64,000 nucleotides of DNA, from contig NVXD01000015.1 in assembly GCA_002746415.1 (NCBI GenBank), positions 205,412 through 269,411 of the forward strand, in the 5' to 3' direction. The DNA is from Flavobacteriaceae bacterium. GTDB taxonomy: Bacteria; Bacteroidota; Bacteroidia; Flavobacteriales; Flavobacteriaceae. Shown here piece after piece: positions 52,057 through 61,986 of the stretch; within the stretch, counting starts at the first letter, position 1; each line of letters starts with the position of its first letter. The position numbers and the translations under genes were made by a program. Under the pieces are notes generated by a model. That model worked only from the letters and a program-made list of their open reading frames with translations, had not been told where the DNA came from and did no database searches.

Positions 52057-54270
52057 ATGAAAACTATTTTCACAACCTTGATCATATCTGGTCTAGCAAT
52101 GGGCATATCTGCCCAAGAACAACAAACAGATTCTACAAAAAGTAAAACAATTGTGTTGGATGAGGCATTGATCTCAGCAATACGTGTTACGAAAGAATCA
52201 CCAGTAACATTCTCCAACCTTAAAAAAGAAGATTTTGCAAGTAGAAATTTGGGACAGGACATCCCTATTCTTATGAATTTTTTGCCTGGCGTGGTCACAA
52301 CATCAGACGCCGGTGCTGGAGTAGGTTATACAAGTATCCGCGTACGTGGTAGTGATGGCAGTCGCGTAAACGTAACTATTAATGGTATCCCGTATAATGA
52401 TGCCGAATCCCAAGGTACTTTTTGGGTAAACATGCCAGATTTCGCTTCTTCTGTAGAAAGTCTGCAATTGCAGCGAGGAGTGGGAACTTCCACCAATGGA
52501 TCAGGGGCCTTTGGCGCAAGCCTTAATCTGTTGACCGATGCGGTTTCTGAGGAAGGGTATGCCCAAATTTCCTCTTCAATAGGAAGCTATAATACACTAC
52601 GCAACAACATAAAATTTAGTACTGGATTATTAAACAATCATGTGGAATTTTCTGGAAGATTGTCTCGTATAGCTTCAGATGGATATATAGATAGGGCTTC
52701 TTCTAAACTTGAATCATATTTTTTGCAAGGCGCATATAAAGATGATAATACTTTAGTGAAAGCACTGCTTTTTGGTGGTCATGAGATTACTTACCAAGCT
52801 TGGTATGGTACACCATTGGCAAGAATAAATAATGATCAAGCTGGAATAGAACAGTTTATTTCGGACAATTTTCTTTCAGATGCAGAAGCTAATAATCTTC
52901 GTAATTCGGATAGAAGGTATAATTACTATACCTATGAAAATGAAGAGGATAATTACAAACAAGATCACGCACAATTACTTTGGAATCAGAAAATCTCTGA
53001 AAATTGGAGCACCAATATAGCCTTGCATTATACAAATGGCAGAGGATATTTTGAGCAATATAAAGTGGAAGATGATTTTGAAACCTATGGTTTTACACCT
53101 ATAATTGTTGATGGTGAGGAAGTAAATACTACGGATGTTATTCGCCGTCGTTGGTTGGATAATGATTATTATGGAACAGTTTTTTCTGCAAATTATATCA
53201 ACGAAAAAATAAATTTGATTATTGGAGGAGGATGGAACACCTATGAGGGGGCTCATTTTGGGGAAGTAATTTGGTCACGTTTTGCTAGCAATAGTACTAT
53301 TCGTGATAGATATTATGATGACGATTCTAAAAAAACGGACTTTAATCTATATACCAAAGCCAATTATAAATTAGATAAACAATGGAGTTTGTTCGGGGAT
53401 CTGCAGTATAGAACTGTTGGGTACAGTGCTAATGGGCGGGATACCGGTTTGGTAGACGATACTTTTAATTTCTTTAATCCAAAGGCCGGAATTACGTATG
53501 ATGTAAATAATAACAATAATATTTATTTTTCGTATGCCGTAGCTAATCGTGAACCTAACAGAAATGATTATGAAAGTGGTAACCCCAAGCCAGAGAAACT
53601 AAACGATTTTGAGTTGGGGTGGCGTTATGTATCTCCAGATGTTCAGATAAATACCAATGTCTATTATATGGGTTATAAAGACCAATTAGTATTGACAGGT
53701 GAATTGAATGATGTTGGTGCTCCGCTTAGAGCAAATGTTGGAGATAGTTATAGAATGGGATTGGAAATAGATGCCAATATTCAATTGTGTAACAAGTTTG
53801 TTTGGAGGCCTAATGTTGCACTAAGTGCTAATATGAATAGAGATTTTGTATTTCAACGGGATGGAGTTTTACAAGATTTAGGCAATACTAATATTGCCTT
53901 TTCCCCTAGTATTGTTGCAGGAAATATGTTTGCCTATAGTCCTACAGATAAGTTGCAATTGTCCCTACTAACAAAGCTTGTGGGCAAGCAGTACATGGGC
54001 AATATAGACTCTGAAGGTTCTATGCTAGACGGCTATTCTCAAACAGATATTAATGTGCAATATGTAATAGAAACAAATTCCTTTATAAAAAGTATTGTAT
54101 TATCTGGCTTGGTAAATAATATATTCAATAAAGAATATGAATCTAACGGTTATTTTTACACTTTTGATGATACCTGGTCTGTAGCAAATCAAACAACCAC
54201 TATAGAAGGGGCAGGGTATTATCCACAAGCAGGAACTAATTTTTTATTGGGAGCTACATTTAATTTTTAA
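52057..54270 (+). CDS. TonB-dependent receptor, riboswitch-controlled (putative outer-membrane thiamine/thiamine-precursor transporter)
   Basis: 737 aa with signal peptide, plug domain (SIRVRGSDGSRVNVTINGIPYND...LQRGVGTSTNGSGAFGASLNL) and beta-barrel. Directly preceded by the TPP riboswitch. Confidence 0.85.
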   Translation: MKTIFTTLIISGLAMGISAQEQQTDSTKSKTIVLDEALISAIRVTKESPVTFSNLKKEDFASRNLGQDIPILMNFLPGVVTTSDAGAGVGYTSIRVRGSDGSRVNVTINGIPYNDAESQGTFWVNMPDFASSVESLQLQRGVGTSTNGSGAFGASLNLLTDAVSEEGYAQISSSIGSYNTLRNNIKFSTGLLNNHVEFSGRLSRIASDGYIDRASSKLESYFLQGAYKDDNTLVKALLFGGHEITYQAWYGTPLARINNDQAGIEQFISDNFLSDAEANNLRNSDRRYNYYTYENEEDNYKQDHAQLLWNQKISENWSTNIALHYTNGRGYFEQYKVEDDFETYGFTPIIVDGEEVNTTDVIRRRWLDNDYYGTVFSANYINEKINLIIGGGWNTYEGAHFGEVIWSRFASNSTIRDRYYDDDSKKTDFNLYTKANYKLDKQWSLFGDLQYRTVGYSANGRDTGLVDDTFNFFNPKAGITYDVNNNNNIYFSYAVANREPNRNDYESGNPKPEKLNDFELGWRYVSPDVQINTNVYYMGYKDQLVLTGELNDVGAPLRANVGDSYRMGLEIDANIQLCNKFVWRPNVALSANMNRDFVFQRDGVLQDLGNTNIAFSPSIVAGNMFAYSPTDKLQLSLLTKLVGKQYMGNIDSEGSMLDGYSQTDINVQYVIETNSFIKSIVLSGLVNNIFNKEYESNGYFYTFDDTWSVANQTTTIEGAGYYPQAGTNFLLGATFNF

Positions 54271-54290
54271 TAATCATTAATTAATAAATC

Positions 54291-54330
54291 GAAAGGATAG
54301 TGCTATAAAATTATAGCACTATCCTTTTTT
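54291..54330 (+). terminator. strong intrinsic terminator after TonB receptor
   Basis: Perfect 15-bp stem aaggatagtgctata-aaat-tatagcactatcctt followed by ttttt. Confidence 0.75.
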
Positions 54331-54379
54331 CATTCAAAGAATCTAATATTTTTGTTACTGATAAAAAAGCCAGCGTAAA

Positions 54380-54943
54380 ATGAGTATAATGGAAACCTAT
54401 TTTAAAGAAAAATTCCCTTTTTCGGATGATGAGATACAACTCATTTTCAGTTATTTTAAGAAGGTTGAAATTAAAAAAGGAGCGTATTTCTTAGAAGCAG
54501 GTCAATACTGTAAAAAAATTGCTTTTATAGAAGAAGGGGCGGTTGTTTTTTATCAACTAATAGATGGAGATGAAAAAAGCTGCGGCTTCACTTTTGAAAA
54601 TGATTGGATTACCCAATATAAGAGTCTCATTCAAAATATAACATCAGAACTTTACATAAAAGCACTTGAAACCACCACCTTGATGGAAATAAGTTTGGAA
54701 AACATGCTAGAATTAATTGCTGTTTTGCCAAAGGCTATTATGCTTAGAACAGAACTGGCAGAGGAATATTTTATCAGTTCTGCGCAGCGAGCCTCAGATT
54801 TGGCCAATCTTGAAGCGGAAGAACATTATTATAAACTTATTAAAGACAACCCTAATCTCATTCATAGAGTTCCTCAATACTATTTGGCTTCATATTTGGG
54901 AATTAAACCCCAATCTTTGAGTAGAATAAGAGCAAAAAGTTAA
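54380..54943 (+). CDS. Crp/Fnr family transcriptional regulator
   Basis: N-terminal cNMP-binding-like beta-roll and a C-terminal HTH (LASYLGIKPQSLSRIRAK). 187 aa. Confidence 0.8.
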   Translation: MSIMETYFKEKFPFSDDEIQLIFSYFKKVEIKKGAYFLEAGQYCKKIAFIEEGAVVFYQLIDGDEKSCGFTFENDWITQYKSLIQNITSELYIKALETTTLMEISLENMLELIAVLPKAIMLRTELAEEYFISSAQRASDLANLEAEEHYYKLIKDNPNLIHRVPQYYLASYLGIKPQSLSRIRAKS

Positions 54944-55030
54944 TATTGCCTTTTCCTTCTTAACATATGTGAACGATTTTCTTTTTTAATCGAAGCAACT
55001 TTGTACTGTAGATAATTCTAAAATAGTACA

Positions 55031-55618
55031 ATGAAAAAATCAATAAACGGGTATAGAAATTCAAGCATTGCCTTTCAAATTATTGCCTCAATTATTGCCT
55101 TTCTTCTATATAGGTTGAGTAGTGTTTTTTTAGAAAAAAGTTATGCCTCATCAAAATTTCCGGTTTCATATTTTGAGGCTCAAACATCTTTTGATGCTTT
55201 AAAACTAAAATCATGGTATCAATTTTTGATAGATAATGATACGTTTAGAATTTATATTAACACACAATTCATAGATTTTATTTTCATTTTTACAGTTATT
55301 TTAATGGGTTTTTCTATTTGGACGCTTCTTGCTAATTTGCATAAAAAAGATTCATTTTTTAACAAAAAGGGCTATATAATGGCTTTTTCATTGCCTTTTG
55401 CGGCTTTTTTTGATGTTTTAGAAAATTTAATATCCTTTTATATGTTGTCTGAACCCAAAGAATTTATTAATGAAATTGTTTATATATACTCTTCCTTTGC
55501 TACCATAAAATTTGGCTTTTGGGGGATAGCACTTTTATGGCTTTTGGTTTCTATAGTTGCTTTAATATTTAATAGGCTAAGGCAATTAGTTACTCCAATT
55601 GATGCGCATAAGGTTTAA
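55031..55618 (+). CDS. hypothetical membrane protein (4-5 TM)
   Basis: 195 aa with hydrophobic helices. No family recognised. Confidence 0.35.
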   Translation: MKKSINGYRNSSIAFQIIASIIAFLLYRLSSVFLEKSYASSKFPVSYFEAQTSFDALKLKSWYQFLIDNDTFRIYINTQFIDFIFIFTVILMGFSIWTLLANLHKKDSFFNKKGYIMAFSLPFAAFFDVLENLISFYMLSEPKEFINEIVYIYSSFATIKFGFWGIALLWLLVSIVALIFNRLRQLVTPIDAHKV

Positions 55619-55740
55619 TACAATTAGTTTAAAATGCATTTTGTGCATTGCAAAATTCAAAAATAGGGTTCAACTAGATTTCGAGCACTATCAAACATCA
55701 TGCTTGCTTACAATGGACAAACAAATAATTCATTTGAAAT

Positions 55741-55773
55741 AAGAAATTGCCTCAATAAGAAATTGCCTCAATA
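55741..55773. repeat. tandem direct repeat 2 x (a)agaaattgcctcaata
   Basis: aagaaattgcctcaata immediately repeated as agaaattgcctcaata, in a 350-nt intergenic region upstream of the DUF1080 gene. Confidence 0.6.
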
Positions 55774-55967
55774 ATATAGACGAATGCAAGCTTTTGCATT
55801 AAAGAAAATAATAAACCTTTAGGTTAGGTGGTTGAATTTTAGAAATTTAATAAAAAGTTTTGATTCCGTTACAAAACCTTTACGCTCTTATTTTTGTTGA
55901 AAGAAAAAATAATATAAATTTGTTAGAAGAAAATCTAGATAAAATTAGTATTACATAAGTCCGATAT

Positions 55968-57851
55968 ATGAAAAAACGCAGCTTTTATGTTCCTTTTCTT
56001 TTAGTGGTTTTAATTATTTCCTGTAAGCAAAACAATACTGAAAACATAACTCCCATTAAAGATTTAATTGTGACATCCTTGCCATTTGAAGAGATCGCTT
56101 TAGATAATTTGAATAGTTTTAAAAAAACATCGAAAAATTGGCAAATAGCAGGTCAAGTTATTGCCAACAGGCAGGAAGAAAATAAGCTAGAACCATCAAA
56201 TGGCACAGGTGTTTTGGTAAATCTTCCAAGAGAAGGAGAGAAGGACCATTTGTTTACCACTTTTGAACATGGTGATATTGCTCTTGAAGTTGATGTAATG
56301 ATGCCCTTGAAGTCTAATTCTGGTATATATTTTCAAGGCAGATATGAGGTGCAACTTTTTGATAGTTGGGGAATAGAGAACCCTAGTTTTTCTGATATTG
56401 GAGGAATTTACGAAAGATGGGGTGATTCTAGTAATGAAGGTTTTGAAGGATATGCACCGAGGATAAATGCGGGAAAAGCGCCAGGTTTATGGCAACGTTT
56501 TAAAATAGTATTTCATGGACCTAAATTTAATACTGCGGGGGAAAAGGTAAAAAATGCACTTTTCAAGGAAATTTGGTTAAATGGTGAACTCATACATAAA
56601 AATGTAGAATTGTCTGGGCCTACAAGGGCAGCAGCTTTTACTGATGAACAGTCCAAAGGACCACTTATGATTCAGGGAGACCACGGTGCAGTAGCTATAA
56701 AAAACTTGAAATATAAGCTTTATGATAATTCAAAAGTAGCCCTTAAAGATGTTGTAATGAGCGAATATGAGAATTCTGAAAAGGTACTACCAAGTTTTGA
56801 TGGTTTGGAAGTCATTAGAGAGATCGCAACGGATACTATATCTTCCAAAATGGTGTTGGATGAATATGGGCAAAATATTCTAAAATATTCTGGAAAATTG
56901 GTTACATCAGTAGCCGGGGAATATCTTTTTGATTTAAAAGTAAACGGCGGAGCACTATTATTAATTAATAATGATACCATTGCTAATTTAGATGGGGATT
57001 ATTCCATGTTTAATCCTGCATATGGAAAAGTATTTTTAAAAGAGGGCGAGACACCCTTTACCCTTGTATACAATAAACACACCCAATGGATGAGAGGATT
57101 TAGTTTAGAGGTTGAAGGACCCGGCGTTGAAAAACATCCTTTGCAATCTAAAGAGTCGCTGAATTTGAACCAAGAAAAACCAGAGGAGAATATAGTACTC
57201 ACAGTAACTGATAATACCATCACCCAGCGTGGTTTTATGATGCATGAAGGGATTAAAAGGACACATACCATTGCAGTAGGATTAACAGATGGAATGCATT
57301 TTTCCTATGATATGGCGACAGCTTCCCTTTTGCAGGTATGGCAGGGCGATTTCTTAGATGTTTCAGATATGTGGCACTCAAGAGGAGTTCATCAATTGGC
57401 ACAACCACTAGGTTTTACAGTTTCTTTTCATGGGGATCCGGATTTTATGATTTTAGAAAATGAATCGGCAACTTGGCCCAATAATGTTCCGAAGAATATG
57501 GAGTTAAGGCAAATGGGGTATGAATTTAAAGAGAATGAAATCCCTGTTTTTACCCATAAAATTAATGAAACAACCATAACCAACACCATGGTACCATCTA
57601 ATGAAAGTAGGTTGTTAAAAAGAATAATTAGTGTAGAAGGAAATAAGGAAATTTGGCATAAAATTGCTGATGGCTCATCAATTGAGAAGGTGTCAAAAGG
57701 GGTTTTTATTATTAATAGCGAAAGTTATTTTGTAGATTTTTCTGAGAATGAAAATTTGGTGCCGGTTATAAGAAAAGGAGGAAATAAGGAAGAGTTATTG
57801 GTTAAAATCCCTGCGGGGGATCATTCATTCAGTTATAACCTTATTTGGTAA
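55968..57851 (+). CDS. lipoprotein with DUF1080 (3-keto-disaccharide hydrolase-like, concanavalin-like fold) domain
   Basis: Lipobox LVVLIISCKQN. The region NWQIAG...GVLVNLPREGEKDHLFTTFEHGDIALEVDVMMPLKSNSGIYFQGRYEVQLFDSW...PLMIQGDHGAVAIKNLKYK is typical of DUF1080. Confidence 0.6.
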   Translation: MKKRSFYVPFLLVVLIISCKQNNTENITPIKDLIVTSLPFEEIALDNLNSFKKTSKNWQIAGQVIANRQEENKLEPSNGTGVLVNLPREGEKDHLFTTFEHGDIALEVDVMMPLKSNSGIYFQGRYEVQLFDSWGIENPSFSDIGGIYERWGDSSNEGFEGYAPRINAGKAPGLWQRFKIVFHGPKFNTAGEKVKNALFKEIWLNGELIHKNVELSGPTRAAAFTDEQSKGPLMIQGDHGAVAIKNLKYKLYDNSKVALKDVVMSEYENSEKVLPSFDGLEVIREIATDTISSKMVLDEYGQNILKYSGKLVTSVAGEYLFDLKVNGGALLLINNDTIANLDGDYSMFNPAYGKVFLKEGETPFTLVYNKHTQWMRGFSLEVEGPGVEKHPLQSKESLNLNQEKPEENIVLTVTDNTITQRGFMMHEGIKRTHTIAVGLTDGMHFSYDMATASLLQVWQGDFLDVSDMWHSRGVHQLAQPLGFTVSFHGDPDFMILENESATWPNNVPKNMELRQMGYEFKENEIPVFTHKINETTITNTMVPSNESRLLKRIISVEGNKEIWHKIADGSSIEKVSKGVFIINSESYFVDFSENENLVPVIRKGGNKEELLVKIPAGDHSFSYNLIW

Positions 57852-57866
57852 TCTAAAAGAGAAAAT

Positions 57867-59816
57867 ATGCGGATTGTAAATAGAGCAGTATTATTATTGA
57901 TATTAATTAGTGTAAATCATTTTGTAGTTGGTCAATCTGATAATGCAAAAAAAGAAGCTGAATTTTATAAAATAATTGATGTTCCAATTCCAGAAGACAT
58001 TGTTTTGGAAGTGGGTGGTTTGGCCCTAACGGAGGATGATAGATTAGGAGTTTCAACAAGGCGAGGAGAAGTATGGGTACTTGATAAACCCTATAGCAAC
58101 AACCCTATTTACAGCAGATATGCCCATGGTTTGCATGAAGCGCTTGGACTTAATTACAAAGACAATGCTTTTTACCTTTCACAAAGGGGAGAATTGACCA
58201 AACTAATGGATAAAAATGGTGATGGAAAGGCAGATGTGTATAAAACCATTTTTTCATGGCCCTTATCCGGGAATTATCATGATTATTCTTATGGCCCGGA
58301 ATTTTTAGACAATGGAGATATGCTTGTTACACTTAACCTCTCTTGGATTGGTCATGGGGCAAGTTTAGTGAAATGGAGGGGTTGGTTATTGCAAATTACT
58401 CCAGAAGGAGAAATGACGCCCATTGCTACTGGCCTACGATCGCCAGCCGGATTTAGAGTAAGTCCCGATGGAGACATATTTTATACAGAAAATCAAGGAG
58501 ATTGGGTTGGATCGGGAAGGATGACACATTTAGAAAAGGGTGATTTCGCAGGAAACCCAGAAGGTTTAAGGTGGACAGACGACCTTAAGTCCCCTTTAAA
58601 ATTAAAGCAAGATGAAATTGAAAAAAACTCAGGATTAAGCCTATATGAGTATGCCAAAATAGTACCGGAACTCAAGGCTCCTGCCGTATGGTTTCCACAC
58701 ACTATTCAAGGAATCTCAACATCGGATATATTATATGACACTAATGCGGGAAAATTTGGTCCATTTGAAAATCAAATGTTTATTGGGGATCAAGGACATA
58801 GCAAAGTGATGCGTGTTTTTATGGAGAAGGTAAATGGAGTGTACCAAGGAGCTGCCTTTCAGTTTAGAGAAGGATTCTCTTCTGGAATTTTAAGAATGAT
58901 TTGGGGTAGCGATGCAAGTATGTTCGTAGGTATGACCAGTAGAGGTTGGGCCTCAACAGGAAAGCAACCCTATGGTCTTCAAAGATTGGTCTGGTCTGGT
59001 AAAATGCCTTTTGAAATAAAAACGATGAAGGCTAAGAATGATGGATTTTTACTGGAATTCACAAAGGCTGTTGACCTTGAAACAGCTCGTAAAACCTCCT
59101 CTTACCAAATAAATACTTTTACTTATAAATACCACAACACCTATGGAAGCCCAATTGTTGACCAACAAAAAGCAATGGTTCACAATGTTGAAGTGGCTTC
59201 AGATGGATTATCAGCAAAATTAACAGTACATGGTATGCGTTTAGGGTTTATTCATCAACTAAAGGTTGTTAACCTCAAAGCCAAGACAGGAGAGTCAATT
59301 TTACATGATACAGTGTATTATACCTTAAATGAAGTGCCAGGAGGGGAATTAAAATCAATGCAAATATCTTCTTCTAGTTCTTCCAATAAAATTGACCAGC
59401 CTAAAAGGGTAACCGAGATGCCAATTGGATGGGCAGAGGGTTCTAATCAAAAAATCGTAATTGGAACAAAACCAGGGTTAAAATTCGATGTTGATGAGGT
59501 TGTTGTTGAAAGAAACAAGAAAATAGAGCTAACATTTAATAATAATGATGATATGCTACATAACCTTGTAATAACAGAAAAGGATGTTGCATCGGTGGAT
59601 AAGGTTGGCGAGTTGGCACTTGAATTAGGATTGGATGCAGAAGATTATAATTATGTTCCAGATACGGAGTTAGTTCTTTATCATACAGGTATTCTTCAGC
59701 CAAATGCTTCAGAAAAAATTTATTTTAAAACACCTTCTGAACCAGGTGAATACTGGATTGTGTGTACTTTCCCAGGACATTCTGCGGTGATGAGGGCAAA
59801 GTTAATAGTGAAGTAA
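57867..59816 (+). CDS. secreted beta-propeller dehydrogenase-like protein with C-terminal cupredoxin (azurin/plastocyanin-like) domain
   Basis: Signal peptide, then sorbosone/glucose-dehydrogenase-like repeats (GLRSPAGFRVSPDGDIFYTENQGD), then C-terminal HNLVITEKD...YWIVCTFPGHSAVMRAKLIVK with a type-1 copper ligand pattern H...C..H....M. Confidence 0.55.
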   Translation: MRIVNRAVLLLILISVNHFVVGQSDNAKKEAEFYKIIDVPIPEDIVLEVGGLALTEDDRLGVSTRRGEVWVLDKPYSNNPIYSRYAHGLHEALGLNYKDNAFYLSQRGELTKLMDKNGDGKADVYKTIFSWPLSGNYHDYSYGPEFLDNGDMLVTLNLSWIGHGASLVKWRGWLLQITPEGEMTPIATGLRSPAGFRVSPDGDIFYTENQGDWVGSGRMTHLEKGDFAGNPEGLRWTDDLKSPLKLKQDEIEKNSGLSLYEYAKIVPELKAPAVWFPHTIQGISTSDILYDTNAGKFGPFENQMFIGDQGHSKVMRVFMEKVNGVYQGAAFQFREGFSSGILRMIWGSDASMFVGMTSRGWASTGKQPYGLQRLVWSGKMPFEIKTMKAKNDGFLLEFTKAVDLETARKTSSYQINTFTYKYHNTYGSPIVDQQKAMVHNVEVASDGLSAKLTVHGMRLGFIHQLKVVNLKAKTGESILHDTVYYTLNEVPGGELKSMQISSSSSSNKIDQPKRVTEMPIGWAEGSNQKIVIGTKPGLKFDVDEVVVERNKKIELTFNNNDDMLHNLVITEKDVASVDKVGELALELGLDAEDYNYVPDTELVLYHTGILQPNASEKIYFKTPSEPGEYWIVCTFPGHSAVMRAKLIVK

Positions 59817-59977
59817 CCTATGGCATTGTTTAAAATCTAAATTTCCAATTTAATTGAACGTGTTCTATCTGAAATTTAGAATAGAATAATTTAAGAAAGT
59901 ATGGATTTACATTGGTTTCATACCATTTCTGTCTATGCAGCTACCATAATTGGTGCACATGCGGTTTAATATGAGTC

Positions 59978-60914
59978 CTATAATGCATCTACCGCAGTCC
60001 TTTGGTCATCTCTTAAAGGAGCTAAATCCATGGCTGTTATATTAGAATTTAAATATTCTTTTTTAGAGGCGCCTGGGATAATACAACTTAGCTCTGGAGC
60101 ATCTAGAATCCATCTTAAAGCAATAGGAGCTAGATTTTCCGTATCAGGAAAAACAGCCTTTAGTTCCTCCACAGCTTTTAGACCAATATCATATGGTATT
60201 CCAGAAAAGGTTTCTCCTTTATCAAAAGCGGCACCTTCTCTATTAAAGAACCTGTGATATTCTTTGTTAAATTGCGTGTCGTTAGAGAATTTACCTGTAA
60301 GCAAACCACTCGCTAAAGGAACTCTAACAATGACTCCAACGTCTTTTTTCTTAGCAGCTGCAAAGAATTTTTCTGATGGGCGTTGGCGAAACATATTGTA
60401 AATAATTTGTACCGTAGTTACATTAGAGAATTCAATGGCTTTTAGAGCTTCTTCAACTTTTTCAACACTTACACCCAAGTTCTTTATTTTCCCTTCTTCT
60501 TTTAATCTATCGAAAAGCTCAAAAATCTCAGGTCGGTAATATACTTCTGTTGGAGGGCAATGTAATTGGATGAGGTCCAAACACTCCAAGCCAGTATTTT
60601 TAAGACTATCCTCCACATATTTCCGGTGTGTAATTTTCATTTATGTGCGGATTTATTTGCCGGCCACATTTGGTGGCAACAAAGATCTCCTCACTTCTAG
60701 CACGTACTACACGCCCAACGGCAGCTTCACTTAACCCAGCCTCGTAAACATCGGCAGTATCAATAAAATTAATACCAGAGTCTATGGCTTCGTTAATAAT
60801 TTTTTCCGCTAATGCATCATCAAACCCAGAGCCCCATTTTCCACCTACTTGCCATGTACCAATGGATATTTCTGAAATATTAAAATTTGTCTTACCTAAT
60901 CTTCTAAAGTTCAT
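59978..60914 (-). pseudogene. aldo/keto reductase split by a frameshift (N-terminal 102-aa ORF 60606-60914, C-terminal 220-aa ORF 59978-60640)
   Basis: The two ORFs together make a normal ~320-aa AKR (GTWQVGGKWG...DTADVYEAG, then ...YVEDSLKNTGLECLDLIQLH...). The frames switch near 60625-60640 inside ggaaatat, consistent with a 1-nt insertion. Confidence 0.7.
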
Positions 60915-60937
60915 TTTGAGTTTGGTTGAGTTGTTTA

Positions 60938-61375
60938 TTAATTAGAAATGGAAACTGTATTGCCACCAAAAGTAGTATGATACTCAAGCATATCATAATA
61001 ACGATTGCCATCATCGGGGCGATTCAATTGTTGTCCTGTAAACAGGCTATATTCATATTCTTCACACGAACAAACAGCTGTTTGCCCATTAAGGTCCATT
61101 GTGGAACATGAATTAGGTGCATGGTTGGGACAACTGGCCTCAAAAGCTCTGAACGTGTTAAAACCTGTATTGATGATAAAGACTCCTCGGGTACCCGCCG
61201 TTTTATTGGCAATATAGACTGCATTTCCAGTATTGGTTAATGGGCTGTACAGTGGTAAATTAAGATTTACATCAAACCGAAAGCCAATTTCTTGTAAATA
61301 GGGATTGCGATTTGTCTTATCATTATCACAAGAAAGTAATAAAACCCCAAGTACCATGATCCATATACCTTTCAT
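60938..61375 (-). CDS. hypothetical Cys-rich lipoprotein
   Basis: MKGIWIMVLGVLLLSCDND lipobox, 145 aa, 6 further Cys (CPNHAPNSCSTMDLNGQTAVCSCEEYEY). Confidence 0.4.
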   Translation of the reverse strand: MKGIWIMVLGVLLLSCDNDKTNRNPYLQEIGFRFDVNLNLPLYSPLTNTGNAVYIANKTAGTRGVFIINTGFNTFRAFEASCPNHAPNSCSTMDLNGQTAVCSCEEYEYSLFTGQQLNRPDDGNRYYDMLEYHTTFGGNTVSISN

Positions 61376-61438
61376 GCTGTCCTTTGTATTTAACTAATTG
61401 AACCACAAATTTGAGCAAAAAATTTTTATATTTGTATG

Positions 61439-61470
61439 AAATCCTCTTCAAAAAGAGGATTTTTGTATTT
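61439..61470 (+). promoter_or_regulatory. terminator-like hairpin plus T-run in the greA leader
   Basis: aaatcctctt-caaa-aagaggattt followed by ttgtattt, ending 17 nt before the greA ATG at 61487. There is no upstream plus-strand gene to terminate. Confidence 0.35.
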
Positions 61471-61486
61471 ATTTAACAATGAGATC

Positions 61487-61963
61487 ATGAGTAACATTTC
61501 TTATTATACTGAGGAAGGCTTAAAAAGCCTAAGAGAGGAATTACGTCAGCTTAAAGATATAGAGCGCCCAAAGGCGTCACAGGCAATTGGTGAAGCAAGA
61601 GATAAGGGTGATTTGTCTGAAAATGCAGAGTATGATGCTGCCAAGGAGGCGCAAGGCTTATTGGAGCTTAGAATTTCTAAAATGGAGGAAACCTTGTCTA
61701 ATGCAAGATTAGTAGATGAGTCTCAATTGGATACATCTAAGGCATTAGTACTGTCCACAGTAAAATTGAAGAACCAGACCAATGGTATGGAAATGAAATA
61801 TACCTTGGTGGCTGAAAGTGAGGCAGATTTAAAAACAGGAAAAATATCTGTTACTTCTCCAATAGGGAAAGGTCTTTTGGGTAAAGAAGTAGGAGATGTA
61901 GCTGAAATTTCTGTTCCCAATGGGACATTAAAATTTGATGTTTTAGAGATAACTAGAGAATAG
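61487..61963 (+). CDS. greA: transcription elongation factor GreA
   Basis: MSNISYYTEEGLKSLREELRQLK...DLSENAEYDAAKE, with a coiled-coil N-terminus and an FKBP-like C-terminus. 158 aa from the internal ATG. Confidence 0.9.
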   Translation: MSNISYYTEEGLKSLREELRQLKDIERPKASQAIGEARDKGDLSENAEYDAAKEAQGLLELRISKMEETLSNARLVDESQLDTSKALVLSTVKLKNQTNGMEMKYTLVAESEADLKTGKISVTSPIGKGLLGKEVGDVAEISVPNGTLKFDVLEITRE

Positions 61964-61986
61964 TGACTTAATAAAGTTTTATATTT

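Noticed and set aside
59837-59881. 10-bp inverted repeat tctaaatttc / gaaatttaga in the convergent region after the cupredoxin gene
   Set aside because: The 25-nt loop is AT-rich. It is most simply a weak bidirectional terminator and nothing more specific.
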